Source: Gammaproteobacteria bacterium
Lineage (GTDB): Bacteria; Pseudomonadota; Gammaproteobacteria; WOZS01
Assembly (NCBI GenBank): GCA_011620135.1
Contig: WOZS01000058.1
Location: 31,534 to 95,533, forward strand
Direction of reading: 5' to 3'
Length of the DNA: 64,000 nt
Positions 18,036 through 33,746 of this stretch are shown here, one piece after another. A program made the position numbers and the translations under genes. How positions within the stretch are numbered: position 1 is the first letter of the stretch; each line of letters starts with the position of its first letter. The notes under the pieces were generated by a model that saw only the letters and a program-made list of their open reading frames with translations, was not told the origin of the DNA and ran no database searches.

Positions 18036-19418
18036 CTAGCCCTTGCGCCGCAGGGCGCGCCGCGCCCAGCCGGGAATGATGCGCTGGCGGGTCCGTGCCA
18101 CGCATAGGCTTGCGGCGGGCACGTCATGGGTGACGGTGGAGCCAGCGGCGATGGTGGACTCATCGCCGAGCGTCACAGGGGCCACCAATTCTGTGCCCGA
18201 GCCCACGAATACCCGTTCCCCGATGGTGGTGCGGTGCTTGGCGTGCCCATCGTAATTGCAGGTGATGGTGCCAGCACCGATGTTGCTGGCTGCCCCTACC
18301 ACGGCATCGCCCAGATAGCTCAGGTGATTGGCCGAGACACGCTCATGCAATATGGTCGCTTTGATCTCCACGAAATTGCCCACCCTGACGCCATCGCACA
18401 GTGTGGCACCCGGGCGCAGTCGTGCCATGGGCCCCACCCGCACGCCCTGATGCAGCACGGCCCCCTCTACGTGGGAAAAGGGCAGGATGGTGCTGCCCGC
18501 ACCAATGATGCTGTCGCGGATCACCACGTAGGGCCCGATATGCACATCGTCTTCGAGGCGTACCTGGCCTTCCAGCACCACGCCCACGTCCAGTGTCACG
18601 TTGCGACCGGTTGTCACATGGCCACGCACATCGAGACGCGCCGGATCGGCCAGGCGCACGCCGCGCTGCATGAGCTCCTGGGCGATGCGCCGCTGCATGA
18701 TGCGCTCGGCATGGGCCAGCTGCGCAAGATCATTGATGCCACAGGCCTCCTCGGCAGGCACGGCTATGGCAACCACCGGCACGCCATCGTGCCGTGCCAG
18801 TGCCACCACCCCAGTGAGGAGGTACTCCCCTTGCTGGGGCTCGAGGCGCTCTAGCCAATTCACCAGCAGCGCCGCAGGTGCCGCAAGCCCGCCCACGAAG
18901 ATCTCGCCGATGGTCTTTTGCCCGTCGTCGGCAGCACGTTCCTCGATGATGGCCTGCACCTCACCATGGGTATGGCGCACAATGCGGCCGTAGCCCGTAG
19001 GATTGGGCAAGGTGGCGGTGAGCAGGGCCACAGCCCCACTGGCCGCGGCATGGACCGCCTGGCGGTGGCTTGATGCCGTGATCAGGGGCACGTCGGCGAG
19101 TGCTACCAGGGCCACGCCTGTGGCCTCCAGGCTCTCCAGGCCGACCCGGGCCGCATCGCCGGTGCCCCGGGGCTCGGGCTGGATGACGATCCGGGCCTGG
19201 GCAGGCAGTGTCGCGGCGATGGCTTCCCTGTGGATGCCAGCCACAACCACCAGGTCATGGGGTTGCAGGGTCTGCAGTGTGGTCACCACATGGGCCACCA
19301 GTGGCTGGCCTGCCAGGGGCTGCAACACCTTGGGCAGTGTGCCGACCATGCGCTGGCCGCGTCCTGCAGCCAGTACCACGGCATGAAGTGCCTCTTGGCG
19401 ACAACCCCTGCTGATCAT
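18036..19418 (-). CDS. glmU: bifunctional UDP-GlcNAc pyrophosphorylase / GlcN-1-P acetyltransferase
   Basis: LAAGRGQRM..LPKVL N-terminal NT domain and C-terminal left-handed beta-helix hexapeptide repeats. Confidence 0.9.
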   Translation of the reverse strand: MISRGCRQEALHAVVLAAGRGQRMVGTLPKVLQPLAGQPLVAHVVTTLQTLQPHDLVVVAGIHREAIAATLPAQARIVIQPEPRGTGDAARVGLESLEATGVALVALADVPLITASSHRQAVHAAASGAVALLTATLPNPTGYGRIVRHTHGEVQAIIEERAADDGQKTIGEIFVGGLAAPAALLVNWLERLEPQQGEYLLTGVVALARHDGVPVVAIAVPAEEACGINDLAQLAHAERIMQRRIAQELMQRGVRLADPARLDVRGHVTTGRNVTLDVGVVLEGQVRLEDDVHIGPYVVIRDSIIGAGSTILPFSHVEGAVLHQGVRVGPMARLRPGATLCDGVRVGNFVEIKATILHERVSANHLSYLGDAVVGAASNIGAGTITCNYDGHAKHRTTIGERVFVGSGTELVAPVTLGDESTIAAGSTVTHDVPAASLCVARTRQRIIPGWARRALRRKG

Positions 19419-19439
19419 GGAGTGGGGGGCGTTGGGTTC

Positions 19440-19901
19440 CTAGTTGCGCTGCCCGGCGCGGCGCATGCGCTCCAGGGTGCGCAACCGGGCCACCGCCTCG
19501 GCAAGCTGGCTTTCGATGAGGCCGTAGTCCAGGTCAGCGCGCCGGGTGGCGAGTTGCTCCTCGGCCTGGCGCTTGGCTTCCATGGCAGCGGCCTCGTCCA
19601 GATCGGCAGCGCGCACGGCGAGATCGGAAAGGATGGAGACGTGATGGGGTTGCACCTCCAGGATACCCCCGTTGACATAGAAATGCAGCCGTTCCCCTCC
19701 GGGCAGGTCGCAATGCACGTCGCCCGGCACAAGCTCGGTCAACAATGGTGCATGGCGCGGCAACACGCCCAGCTCACCCTGTCTTCCCGGGGCCGCTACG
19801 AAGTGCACCTCGCCCTGGAAGAGAGGCCCTTCGAGGCTGATGATGTCCAACATCATGCGGGTGGTCTGCTGCTGCTCTGCAACGCCTTGATCTGCTGCCA
19901 T
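19440..19901 (-). CDS. atpC: F0F1 ATP synthase epsilon subunit
   Basis: GELGVLPRHAPLLT..GGILEVQP is epsilon-like. ATG 19901 has a GAGGA RBS; an alternative start at 19856 (MMLDII) is possible. Confidence 0.9.
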   Translation of the reverse strand: MAADQGVAEQQQTTRMMLDIISLEGPLFQGEVHFVAAPGRQGELGVLPRHAPLLTELVPGDVHCDLPGGERLHFYVNGGILEVQPHHVSILSDLAVRAADLDEAAAMEAKRQAEEQLATRRADLDYGLIESQLAEAVARLRTLERMRRAGQRN

Positions 19902-20142
19902 GTTGTCCTCTGGTCCAGAAGCTGTTTTTTGTGGTGGGTCGAAGGCTTGCCTTGTCCTTGCTTGCTGCCGGAGCTGCGTCTCACACAGGTATGCCTCGAT
20001 TATAAGGCTTGTGCGACTTCTGCTCCAGGGTCTGGCTGCGTCTCCTGGGGACAAGAGCTCGGCTTGGGGGCACCCCTTTGGCTGGTAGCCCCAGAGCTGC
20101 GTTGCGGCTGCCCCCCGGAGACCCATGGTGCGGCCGCAGGGT

Positions 20143-22439
<2,297 letters not shown>

Positions 22440-22442
22440 GGT

Positions 22443-23987
<1,545 letters not shown>

Positions 23988-24132
23988 GGCTGTTCTCCGC
24001 CCGTTTCCAGTGGCTTTGTGTGTGGCCAGTGACCGCGTCCTTCAAGGACACAGGGCCTGCGGCCAGGAGTGTTCAGGAAAACCAATCGATGGGTACAAGG
24101 GGCAGGCCAACCTGGCGCCATGGTCTGCTCAT

Positions 24133-24669
24133 TCATGACAGCAGCGCCTGGGATAGGGCGGCAAGGCGTCCTCTGGCAGTGCCGTCGATGACCAGGTCGC
24201 CGCAGCGCATCAGCGCGCCGCCCAGGATGTCCGGGTCGGTCCTGAATTGCAGGATCACCCGCTTACCCAGGCGCTGGCTCAGGACCTGACCCAGGCGCTT
24301 TTGACGGGCTTGGTCCATGGGTGCCGCCACCACCACCTCCACCTCGGACCAACCCTCCTCGGCAGCGCGCAGTTCGTGGAACAGGGCGGCTAGCGCAGGG
24401 AGGATGGGCAGACGATGACGCGCAGCCAAGAGCTGCAGCAGATTCGTGCCCATCTCGCCTGTGGCAGTGCCGGCGGCCTTGCCCAGGATCTCCACCATGG
24501 ACTTGCGGTCCAGGTGAGGGTCGGAGAGCAGATCCCAGTCCTGGGCGTCGCTGACGATGGCAGCAAGGTGACCCAGCCAGGCCTCCCAGGTGTCGCGCGC
24601 TGAGGCATCGGTGACCTGCTCGAGGATGGCCCTGGCGTAGGGCCGGGCAGCCTGGCGTTCATCAGCCAT
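24133..24669 (-). CDS. atpH: ATP synthase delta subunit
   Basis: RPYARAI... is delta-like; start taken at MADERQ. Confidence 0.85.
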   Translation of the reverse strand: MADERQAARPYARAILEQVTDASARDTWEAWLGHLAAIVSDAQDWDLLSDPHLDRKSMVEILGKAAGTATGEMGTNLLQLLAARHRLPILPALAALFHELRAAEEGWSEVEVVVAAPMDQARQKRLGQVLSQRLGKRVILQFRTDPDILGGALMRCGDLVIDGTARGRLAALSQALLS

Positions 24670-25144
24670 CGTGGCCCACCTCGGCAAGGAACTGGTCGAA
24701 GAGCTGCTGGTGGGTCTTGGTGTTGATCTCCTTTTTCAAGATGCGCTCGGCGCAACTCACCGCCAGGCTCACCACGTCCTGGCGCAGCGTGGCCTGGGCC
24801 TGGGCCAGCTGACGGGCCAGTTCCGCCTCGCCTTGGGCAACGATGCGGCCCCGTTCCTCCTCGGCCTTGTGGCGGGCTTCCTCCAGGATTTTCTGCTCGC
24901 GCTCCTTGGCAGCTGCCGTAATGGAGCTCGCCTCCGCCCGGGCCTGCTGCAACAGCCTGTCGACCTGCAGCTTGGCCTGGTCCAGCTCCTGGCGGCCCCG
25001 CTCAGCCGCCTGCAGCCCCTCGCTGATGCGATTTTCCCGCTCCGCCATGGCCTGGATCAAGGGTGGCCAAATGAACTTCATGGTGAACCAGATCAGGATG
25101 CCAAAGCCAAGCAACTGGCCAAGAATGGTGATGTTGATGCCCAT
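24662..25144 (-). CDS. atpF: ATP synthase F0 subunit b
   Basis: N-terminal TM helix plus long charged coiled-coil. Confidence 0.85.
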   Translation of the reverse strand: MGINITILGQLLGFGILIWFTMKFIWPPLIQAMAERENRISEGLQAAERGRQELDQAKLQVDRLLQQARAEASSITAAAKEREQKILEEARHKAEEERGRIVAQGEAELARQLAQAQATLRQDVVSLAVSCAERILKKEINTKTHQQLFDQFLAEVGHDG

Positions 25145-25172
25145 GCCGTTCCTCTTTGTCCGGGTTCCAGGG

Positions 25173-25505
<333 letters not shown>

Positions 25506-25521
25506 TCATGACGACAGGATT

Positions 25522-26761
<1,240 letters not shown>

Positions 26762-26956
26762 CAGGTGATCATCACAAACGCGCCTAAGTCTCCCACAACT
26801 GCCCATCCGGTTCAAGCCCTTTTTAGCTTGTTGCTTATTAATAGGTAGAGCGCCATGAGCCCGGGGCTCGTGGCAGCGCGACGCACCGGTCTTGCTACCC
26901 AAGAAGCCTTATGAGTTGTGAGTGGCCAGCAGTTTCAGCAGGATGGGCCGGCCAGT

Positions 26957-27649
26957 TTATCTGACCTCGAAGCTCCCCACATATTCCAGAAACAGGGGAG
27001 CCAGGCTCTGCAGGTCGGCAAGGCTTGGGGCCTTTCTTCCCGTATAGGTCTGGTCGACCAGCGCCGGCCTGGATTGGAAACGCTGCAGCACATAGCGTCT
27101 GGCTCCCAGGGCCAGCTGCGCCAGGGCCTGGAAATCGGCCTGTTGCAGATCACCGCTCACCACCGTGGTGCGCAGCTCATGGTCGATGCCCGAACCCTTC
27201 ACCATATCCAGGCTGCGGGAGATGGCCTGGGTATCCCCGGGTGCCTGGACATAGCTTGCATAACGTGCCAGGGGAGCCTTCAGATCCATGGCGATGTAAT
27301 CCAGCAGACCTTCCTGCAACAGCCTGGCGAGTAGGTCGGGCTGGCTGCCATTGGTATCCAGCTTGGTGGCATAGCCCAGGCGGCGCACGGCGCGCAGGAA
27401 ATCGGCCAGGTCATTTTGCAAGGTGGGTTCCCCGCCACCCAGGACCACTGCCTCGAGCTCGCCACGCCGCTCGTTCAGGAAGGAAAAGATGGCCTGTTCA
27501 TCCAGTAGAGCACCATAGCGCAGGGGGTCCACCAGCTCGGGGTTGTAGCAGTAGGGGCAGCGGAAGTTGCATCCCTGGGTAAAGACGACTGCGGCAATCT
27601 TTCCGGGAAAGTCGATCAGCGAGAAGGGTTCGAGGCCAGCGATCTTCAT
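26957..27649 (-). CDS. nrdG: anaerobic ribonucleotide reductase activating protein (radical SAM)
   Basis: QGCNFRCPYCYNPE is the NrdG cluster motif. ATGA overlap with the nrdD stop. Confidence 0.85.
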   Translation of the reverse strand: MKIAGLEPFSLIDFPGKIAAVVFTQGCNFRCPYCYNPELVDPLRYGALLDEQAIFSFLNERRGELEAVVLGGGEPTLQNDLADFLRAVRRLGYATKLDTNGSQPDLLARLLQEGLLDYIAMDLKAPLARYASYVQAPGDTQAISRSLDMVKGSGIDHELRTTVVSGDLQQADFQALAQLALGARRYVLQRFQSRPALVDQTYTGRKAPSLADLQSLAPLFLEYVGSFEVR

Positions 27650-29424
27650 GGCGGCAACCGGAAGGATTTTCTTTTCCTGAACTCGGCCTGCTTGCCCGGA
27701 TTCCATTGAGCCACGGGACGCAGGTAGCCCACCACCCGGGAATAGACCTCGGTTGCAGTGCCACACCAGCAGGTGTCCTGCTCTCCGGGCAGGTAGCCAT
27801 GCACCGGGCAGATACTGGCTGTGGGTGTGATGGTGAAGGAAGGCAGGTGGAAGTCCGCAGCCACCTTTTTGATGAAATGCTTGAGCCCTGCTGTGTCGGT
27901 GGGGCGTTCGCCCAGGAAGAAATGCAGCACCGTGCCTCCTGTGTAGAGGACCTGCAGGTCGTCTTGGTGCTCCAGGGCGAAGAAGGGATCATCGCTCAGG
28001 CCCACGGGCAGCTGGGTGGAGTTGGTGTAGCCGGCCTCGCCCAGTTCGGCCAGTGCTGGCATCTGGGGAAATTGTTTCTTGTCCAGCTGGGCCAGACGAA
28101 AGGAGGCGCTTTCGGCGGGTGTGGCCTCCAGGTTGTAGAGGTTCTGTGTTTCCTGCTGAAAAACCAGCAGCCGCTCGCGCATGCTGTGCAGCGTCTCCAG
28201 TGCCAGTGAGCGGCCCTGCCTGGTTTCGATGCCCCTGCCCAGCAGGTTGATGCAGCCCTCATGCATACCCACCAGGCCAATGGTGGCGAAGTGGTTCTTG
28301 AACCATGCGCCAAAGCGCCCATGGACAGCGTCCAGGTAATGCCGGCTGTAGGGGTAGAGCCCCCTGGCCATCCAGTCCTCCAAAGCCTCGCGTTTTTTCT
28401 CCAGCGCTTCTTTGGCGATGTCCATGAGAGTGGCGAGGCGGCCAAGAAAATCCTGGGGATCTGCGGCCACATGACCCAGGCGGGCCATGTTGATGGTGAC
28501 CACCCCGATGGAGCCTGTCAGGGGATGTGAGCCGAAGAAACCCTCGCCACGCCGCGCCAGTTGCCCCACATCCAGACGCAGGCGGCAGCACATGCTGCGC
28601 ACCTCGTCTGGGGAACGGTCCGAGTTGATGAAGTTCACGAAGTAGGGTGTGCCGTATCTGGCGGTGGCCTCCCACAGTGGCGCGAGCCACGGCGCATCCC
28701 ACGGGGTCTCTGCGGTCAGGCCATAGGTGGGAATGGGGAAGGTGAAGGGCCGGCCCTGGGCGTCCCCGGCTGCCATCACCTCCCCCAGGGCTTGGTTGAT
28801 CATGGCCATTTCCTGCTGGAAGAGGCCGTAGGTTTCCCGTTGGGTGGCGCCGCCGATCACCGCCGGTTCATCGGACAGATGCCGGGGCACGGTGAGGTCC
28901 AGGCTGATGTTGGTGAAGGGGGCCTGGAAACCCAGTCGAGTGGGCACGTTCAGGTTGAACACGAATTCCTGGATGGCCTGCTTGACTTCAGTATATGTCA
29001 AGCGGTCATGCCGCACGAAGGGGGCCAGCAGCGTGTCCACGTTGCAAAACGCCTGGGCGCCGGCGGCCTCGCCTTGCAGCGTAAAGAGAAAATTGATCAT
29101 CTGCCCCAGGGCCGATGAAAAATGCCGTGGCGGGGTGCTGGCGATCTTGCCAGAGGCTCCCTTGAAGCCCTGGGTGAGCAGGTCCTGAAGATCCCAGCCA
29201 TTGCAGTAGCAGCCCAACACCTGCAGGTCATGCAGGTGAAGCTCGCCTGTCCGATGAGCCTCTGCCGCTGCGGCCGGGTAGACCTTCTTGAGCCAGTACT
29301 CGCGCATGGCATGACCGGCAAGATGGCTTTGCAGGCCCTGCAGGGAATAGGTGATGTTGCTGTTCTCGCTGATCTCCCAGTCGTTCCTGTCGAGATAGCG
29401 CTGGATGATGGCAATGGCATCCAT
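27646..29424 (-). CDS. nrdD: class III anaerobic ribonucleoside-triphosphate reductase (no ATP-cone)
   Basis: LHLHDL.., LTQGFKG..., and a C-terminal Cys motif CPVHGY...CWCG resemble NrdD. About 592 aa with no N-terminal ATP-cone. Confidence 0.85.
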   Translation of the reverse strand: MDAIAIIQRYLDRNDWEISENSNITYSLQGLQSHLAGHAMREYWLKKVYPAAAAEAHRTGELHLHDLQVLGCYCNGWDLQDLLTQGFKGASGKIASTPPRHFSSALGQMINFLFTLQGEAAGAQAFCNVDTLLAPFVRHDRLTYTEVKQAIQEFVFNLNVPTRLGFQAPFTNISLDLTVPRHLSDEPAVIGGATQRETYGLFQQEMAMINQALGEVMAAGDAQGRPFTFPIPTYGLTAETPWDAPWLAPLWEATARYGTPYFVNFINSDRSPDEVRSMCCRLRLDVGQLARRGEGFFGSHPLTGSIGVVTINMARLGHVAADPQDFLGRLATLMDIAKEALEKKREALEDWMARGLYPYSRHYLDAVHGRFGAWFKNHFATIGLVGMHEGCINLLGRGIETRQGRSLALETLHSMRERLLVFQQETQNLYNLEATPAESASFRLAQLDKKQFPQMPALAELGEAGYTNSTQLPVGLSDDPFFALEHQDDLQVLYTGGTVLHFFLGERPTDTAGLKHFIKKVAADFHLPSFTITPTASICPVHGYLPGEQDTCWCGTATEVYSRVVGYLRPVAQWNPGKQAEFRKRKSFRLPP

Positions 29425-29482
29425 GGCAGATCCTTGGCGAACAGGTGTGATGCGATCTCCTGGTGTTCTCAAGGGTGCTTTT

Positions 29483-29497
29483 GGTGATCATATCACC
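29483..29497. promoter_or_regulatory. palindrome GGTGAT-CAT-ATCACC upstream of nrdDG
   Basis: Perfect 6-bp arms with a 3-nt spacer. Centered about 66 bp upstream of the nrdD ATG, in the divergent nrdD/gst intergenic region. An AAGGA RBS precedes nrdD. Confidence 0.3.
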
Positions 29498-29609
29498 TGG
29501 GAGCCGCATGACCCAGGCTGTGGGTTGTCCCTGGCGCTGCTATAATTTCCAACGGATTACGCTTGGTGCACCGCTCAGACGGGGCGGCCCGATTGCAATG
29601 GGAGGAAGC

Positions 29610-30224
29610 ATGTTGAAGATCTATGGCACGGTCATGTCCCGGGCGGTGCGGACCCTATGGGCAGCAGAAGAGCTGGGCATACCCTATGACCTCATCGCCA
29701 CAGACCCCGGCACAGGCAGTCGCAGCAGTGAGTTCCTGAAGATCAACCCCAATGGCCATGTGCCTGCCATCGACGACAATGGCCTGATTGTCTGGGAGTC
29801 CATGGCCATCAATCTGTACCTGGCGGAAAAATATGGTCAGGGTACGCTGTGGCCCAGCGACATCGCAGACCATGCCCACATCTACCAGTGGAGCTTCTGG
29901 GCCCTGTCCGAGGTGGAAGAACCGGTGATGACCGCCATCATGAACAAGATGTTTTTGCCCGAGGAAGAACGTGATGCCGCCAAGGCACAAGACGCCATCA
30001 AGCGGCTCGAGGTACCCTTCGGCATCCTGGACAGGCACCTGCAAGGCCGTGAAACCATACTCGGCAAGCAATACACCATTGCCGACTTGAACGTCTGCTC
30101 GGTGGTGGACTTTGCTATGTACATACCCTACGACTTCTCGCCCTACCCGGCACTGAACAACTGGCTCATGGCGGGCATGAACCGTCCGGCGCACCAGAAG
30201 GTGCTGGGGCTGTTGCAGGGTTGA
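29610..30224 (+). CDS. glutathione S-transferase
   Basis: MLKIYG...VPAIDDNGL..ESMAI.LYL thioredoxin-like N-domain plus helical C-domain. GGAGGAAG RBS. Confidence 0.8.
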   Translation: MLKIYGTVMSRAVRTLWAAEELGIPYDLIATDPGTGSRSSEFLKINPNGHVPAIDDNGLIVWESMAINLYLAEKYGQGTLWPSDIADHAHIYQWSFWALSEVEEPVMTAIMNKMFLPEEERDAAKAQDAIKRLEVPFGILDRHLQGRETILGKQYTIADLNVCSVVDFAMYIPYDFSPYPALNNWLMAGMNRPAHQKVLGLLQG

Positions 30225-30294
30225 GCGCTTGGGGTGCCTGCCTTGCTGTGAAAGGTGAGGAAGGCTGCTTGCGGCAGCAGGCCCGGGGCTGGGC

Positions 30295-31647
30295 ATGACC
30301 CGGTGGAGCAGGCGCCAGGCCCTGGGGGCCGCCCTGGGTGTGGCGGCAACCCCTCTGCTGCCACGGCGGGTTTTTGGCCAGGCGGGGTCGCTGGCACAGC
30401 CTATCCATGGGGTGCATGCCAGTCTGATCACAGCACAGCGTGCCCTCACCTGGTTTTCCGCCGATTCCGCACCCTATACCGTCGTGCTGATGCCCTGGCC
30501 GGCCCAGGGGGCAGCTGGGCAGGAGGACGCGCTGGTACTTGCCAGCACGGCAACACCCAGCTACGGTATTCCTCTGTTCACCCATCGCGTCCTGCTGGAT
30601 GGGGTGGTTCCGGGGCAGGCCCTGCGCTATCGTATCGGCGCCAATGGCCAATGGTTGCATGAGGGGGAATTACCGGCTCTTCCTGCAGAAGCCTGGCGCT
30701 TCATCCATTTTGGAGACCATGCCCAGAGTGCGGCCAGCCGGGCCGTGGTGGCCGGCATACGGCAGCGCCGCCCAGACCTGGTGCTCATCGCAGGGGATCT
30801 GGCCTATGCCAATGGCGAGCAATCCCTTTGGGACAGCTATTTTCGCATGCTGGAACCCTTGGCCTCCGCCATCCCTGTGCTGAGTTGTCCCGGCAATCAC
30901 GAGCAGAAAGACGGCAGTGGCCAGGGCTATCTGAGTCGCATCACCCAGCCAGGGCGCGGTGCCTGGTATGCCTTTGACTGGGATCGCGTGCATTTTTTCT
31001 TCAGTACCGCAGGCTGTCTTGTGGAAGGGCCTGCCTCGGTGTGGGCCCTGCTGGAAGAGGTGTTGGCCATGGAGCAGGACCTGAGTGCCGCCGCGGCGCG
31101 ACGGGCCAGGGGTGAGATCGACTTCATCATCGTGGTGCAGCACTACCCCATCTGGACCGATGAGGATGGGCGCGATCCTGCGGATTTCACCCTGGTGGCC
31201 CTGGAAGAGGGCATGCTGCTGCGCTATGGCGTGGATCTTCTTCTTGTGGGGCATGACCACATCTACGAGCGCAGCCATCCCATGGGGCGCGGCAGGCCGC
31301 GCCCCGGCGGCTACGTGCAGGTGACCCAGGGCGGCGGCGGCCAGTCTTTGTATGATGTGATTCCGCACCCCGCTGCCTGGTCAGTGCTGGCCACGCCGCG
31401 CTGGGGGTTCAGCGAGCATGAGGTGACGGGAGCCAGGATGCGGGTGACCAGCTATAGTGTGGACGACAGCGCCAACCAGTTGTTGCCGTCCGGCCAGCTG
31501 GCCATATTGGACAGCTTTGAGCATGCAGCGCGGGATGCCGCCACCCGGCGCGATTTTGCCCTGCCCCCACGCCCCAGGGAAGAGCTGCTGGTGGGCTTTG
31601 CACAGGTGGTGGCCCATACCATTGACCGCAACCGTTTTGCCCAGTAA
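30295..31647 (+). CDS. Tat-secreted metallophosphoesterase (purple acid phosphatase-like)
   Basis: SRRQALGAALGVAA twin-arginine signal. GDLAY..GNHE..GHDH calcineurin-like motifs. Confidence 0.75.
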   Translation: MTRWSRRQALGAALGVAATPLLPRRVFGQAGSLAQPIHGVHASLITAQRALTWFSADSAPYTVVLMPWPAQGAAGQEDALVLASTATPSYGIPLFTHRVLLDGVVPGQALRYRIGANGQWLHEGELPALPAEAWRFIHFGDHAQSAASRAVVAGIRQRRPDLVLIAGDLAYANGEQSLWDSYFRMLEPLASAIPVLSCPGNHEQKDGSGQGYLSRITQPGRGAWYAFDWDRVHFFFSTAGCLVEGPASVWALLEEVLAMEQDLSAAAARRARGEIDFIIVVQHYPIWTDEDGRDPADFTLVALEEGMLLRYGVDLLLVGHDHIYERSHPMGRGRPRPGGYVQVTQGGGGQSLYDVIPHPAAWSVLATPRWGFSEHEVTGARMRVTSYSVDDSANQLLPSGQLAILDSFEHAARDAATRRDFALPPRPREELLVGFAQVVAHTIDRNRFAQ

Positions 31648-31791
31648 CCAGCCTGATCGGCTGCCACGGCCTACCCCGCTGCCCATGAGCCTGTCGTATG
31701 TCGCGGCATTTTGCTATTTTGAAAGTGATCACAAAAACAGATTGCGTACCGCCATGCCCCACGGTTGGGCCATGGCCGAGGAGGAAGACGG

Positions 31792-33195
31792 GTGACCACC
31801 GTGACATGTATCGGGGCTGGTGCCAGCGGGACGCTGCTGGCCTGGCATCTCCACGCCGCCGGCTTTTCCGGACGCACCATCCTGGTGGATCCCCATGAAG
31901 GCTTTGGCGCAGCCTACAGCACCTCTGAGTGTCGCCATCTGCTCAATGTGCCGGCGGCCAACATGGGTGCCAGCGAGGAAGACAAGGCTTCGTTCTGGCG
32001 TTTCCTGGGCACACAGGGCATCGAGATGTCTCCAGAAGACTTTGCGTCACGCCTGGACTATGGCCGTTACCTGGAGCAACTCATTGCGCCGTTGCGTGCC
32101 TCTGGGCAGGTGGTGCGCATCCGGGATCGTGCCTGGGGGCTCGAGCGACGAGCCGGTTTCTGGCGGGTAGCGCTGGAAAGACGCCGCGCCCTGGAGTCAC
32201 AGGCGGTGGTCCTGGTGGTGGGCAATCTGCCGCCCTCCTCGCTGCCCGGCGGCGAGGTGGTGGATGCCGCCTGTTATGTGGACGAGCCCTGGCGTTGCCG
32301 GCTGAAAGAGGTGGTGGCCGGGCGCAGCCGGGTGTTGTTCGTGGGTACGGGGCTCACCATGGTGGATGGCGTCATCAGTCTGGCCGATCACCCCGAGATC
32401 CACATGACCGCCATCTCCCGCCATGGCCTGCTGCCACTGCCCTGGAAAACCCAGGACATGATGCCCATGCGTCTTCCAGAGCCCATGCCCGGGCCGCGGG
32501 CCATGCTGCGCCACCTGCGCACGCTCGCAGCAGGCATGAGCTCCTGGGAACCGCTCATCAATGCCATGCGCCCGGAGATACAGACCATCTGGCAGAGCTG
32601 GACGCTCCTGGAGCAGGGGCGCTTCCTGCGCCATGCCCTGGCGTACTGGAACATCCATCGCCATCGCATCTGCGACGCGCACCATGCCCTGCTGGGGCGA
32701 TTGCGCGCCACAGGCCGCCTCACCACGGCAGCGGGTCACCTGCTGGGCATCGAGCAACAAGGCGGCGAGGTGCTGGTGCGCTGGCGGCCCCGAGGCAAGA
32801 CCGAGGAACGCTCGGCACGGTTCGATGTGGTGGTGAACTGCACCGGGCCTGCTTCTGACTATCGTCGCATGCGCGATCCCTTAGTGCTCAATCTGCTGGG
32901 TTCGGGGAATGCCTGCCCACATCCCCTGGGTATGGGGCTTGCGGCGAGCCCACGAGGCGAGTTACTGGATGCCAGGGGCCAGCTGGTGCCCGGCCTGTTT
33001 GCGCTGGGGCCGCCGCTGCGGGGTGTCCTGTTCGAATGCATTGCTGTGCCGGACATCAGGAAGCAGGCTGCCCTGCTGACCCGGCACATGGTGGACTGGC
33101 TGGCCAACCGGCCTGTACCGGCATCCCTGGGGAACGAAACGACAGGGGACTATCCGGATCGCCGCTATCAGATGCTCTATGACGTTGGGCTCTAG
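31792..33195 (+). CDS. FAD/NAD(P)-binding protein (Rossmann GxGxxG)
   Basis: GTG start after a GAGGAGG RBS. VTCIGAGASGT dinucleotide-binding motif. Resembles the PF13454-type family. Confidence 0.6.
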   Translation: MTTVTCIGAGASGTLLAWHLHAAGFSGRTILVDPHEGFGAAYSTSECRHLLNVPAANMGASEEDKASFWRFLGTQGIEMSPEDFASRLDYGRYLEQLIAPLRASGQVVRIRDRAWGLERRAGFWRVALERRRALESQAVVLVVGNLPPSSLPGGEVVDAACYVDEPWRCRLKEVVAGRSRVLFVGTGLTMVDGVISLADHPEIHMTAISRHGLLPLPWKTQDMMPMRLPEPMPGPRAMLRHLRTLAAGMSSWEPLINAMRPEIQTIWQSWTLLEQGRFLRHALAYWNIHRHRICDAHHALLGRLRATGRLTTAAGHLLGIEQQGGEVLVRWRPRGKTEERSARFDVVVNCTGPASDYRRMRDPLVLNLLGSGNACPHPLGMGLAASPRGELLDARGQLVPGLFALGPPLRGVLFECIAVPDIRKQAALLTRHMVDWLANRPVPASLGNETTGDYPDRRYQMLYDVGL

Positions 33196-33345
33196 GAGCC
33201 AGGATGCGCTGGTTCCAGGGCTGAGCGCCACATAGCGGCGCAGGTCCCAGCGAGCCCAATCAGGTTGGGTCCGGCTGGCAGGTTTCGCCAGGAAGTCATG
33301 GGCTTGGCCCCTTGGCTCGGCAGCCCGCAGCCGGGCGGCGGATTG

Positions 33346-33354
33346 TGCTATCAT
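33346..33354 (+). promoter_or_regulatory. extended -10 (TGcTATCAT) promoter element for tRNA-Pro
   Basis: TGnTATCAT lies 37 nt upstream of the mature tRNA 5' end; the -35 is weak. Confidence 0.25.
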
Positions 33355-33390
33355 GCCCTTTCAGCGGGGCTTGAGTGGCTCCGGACGCCT

Positions 33391-33467
33391 CGGGGTATAG
33401 CGCAGCCTGGTAGCGCGCCTGCTTTGGGAGCAGGATGTCGGGGGTTCAAATCCCTCTACCCCGACCA
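33391..33467 (+). tRNA. tRNA-Pro (anticodon UGG)
   Basis: Cloverleaf folds by hand: acceptor CGGGGTA/TACCCCG, loop TTTGGGA, GGTTCAAAT T-loop, encoded CCA. Confidence 0.9.
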
Positions 33468-33631
33468 ATTTCCTTTTCAAGCGGGCGACCTGGTTCAACA
33501 GCGGGATCATGCCCATGGTCCACTGTGCCGACATAGCCCCCAGCGCCAGGGCGATGCCGGCAAGGCCCATGATGTCGCCAAAGCCTTTCCCGGGGAGCGG
33601 GAGGCAGCTGATAGCCTGCAGATTGCACTGA

Positions 33632-33707
<76 letters not shown>

Positions 33708-33746
33708 AGGGCTGGTATTATAGCAAGGAAACCAGCGAGGTAGACG

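Noticed and set aside
29483-29497. Calling the nrdD palindrome an FNR or NrdR box
   Set aside because: Spacing and arm sequence (GGTGAT-N3-ATCACC) match neither TTGAT-N4-ATCAA nor the NrdR CAC-AT-rich-GTG 16-mer. Kept only as an unassigned operator.
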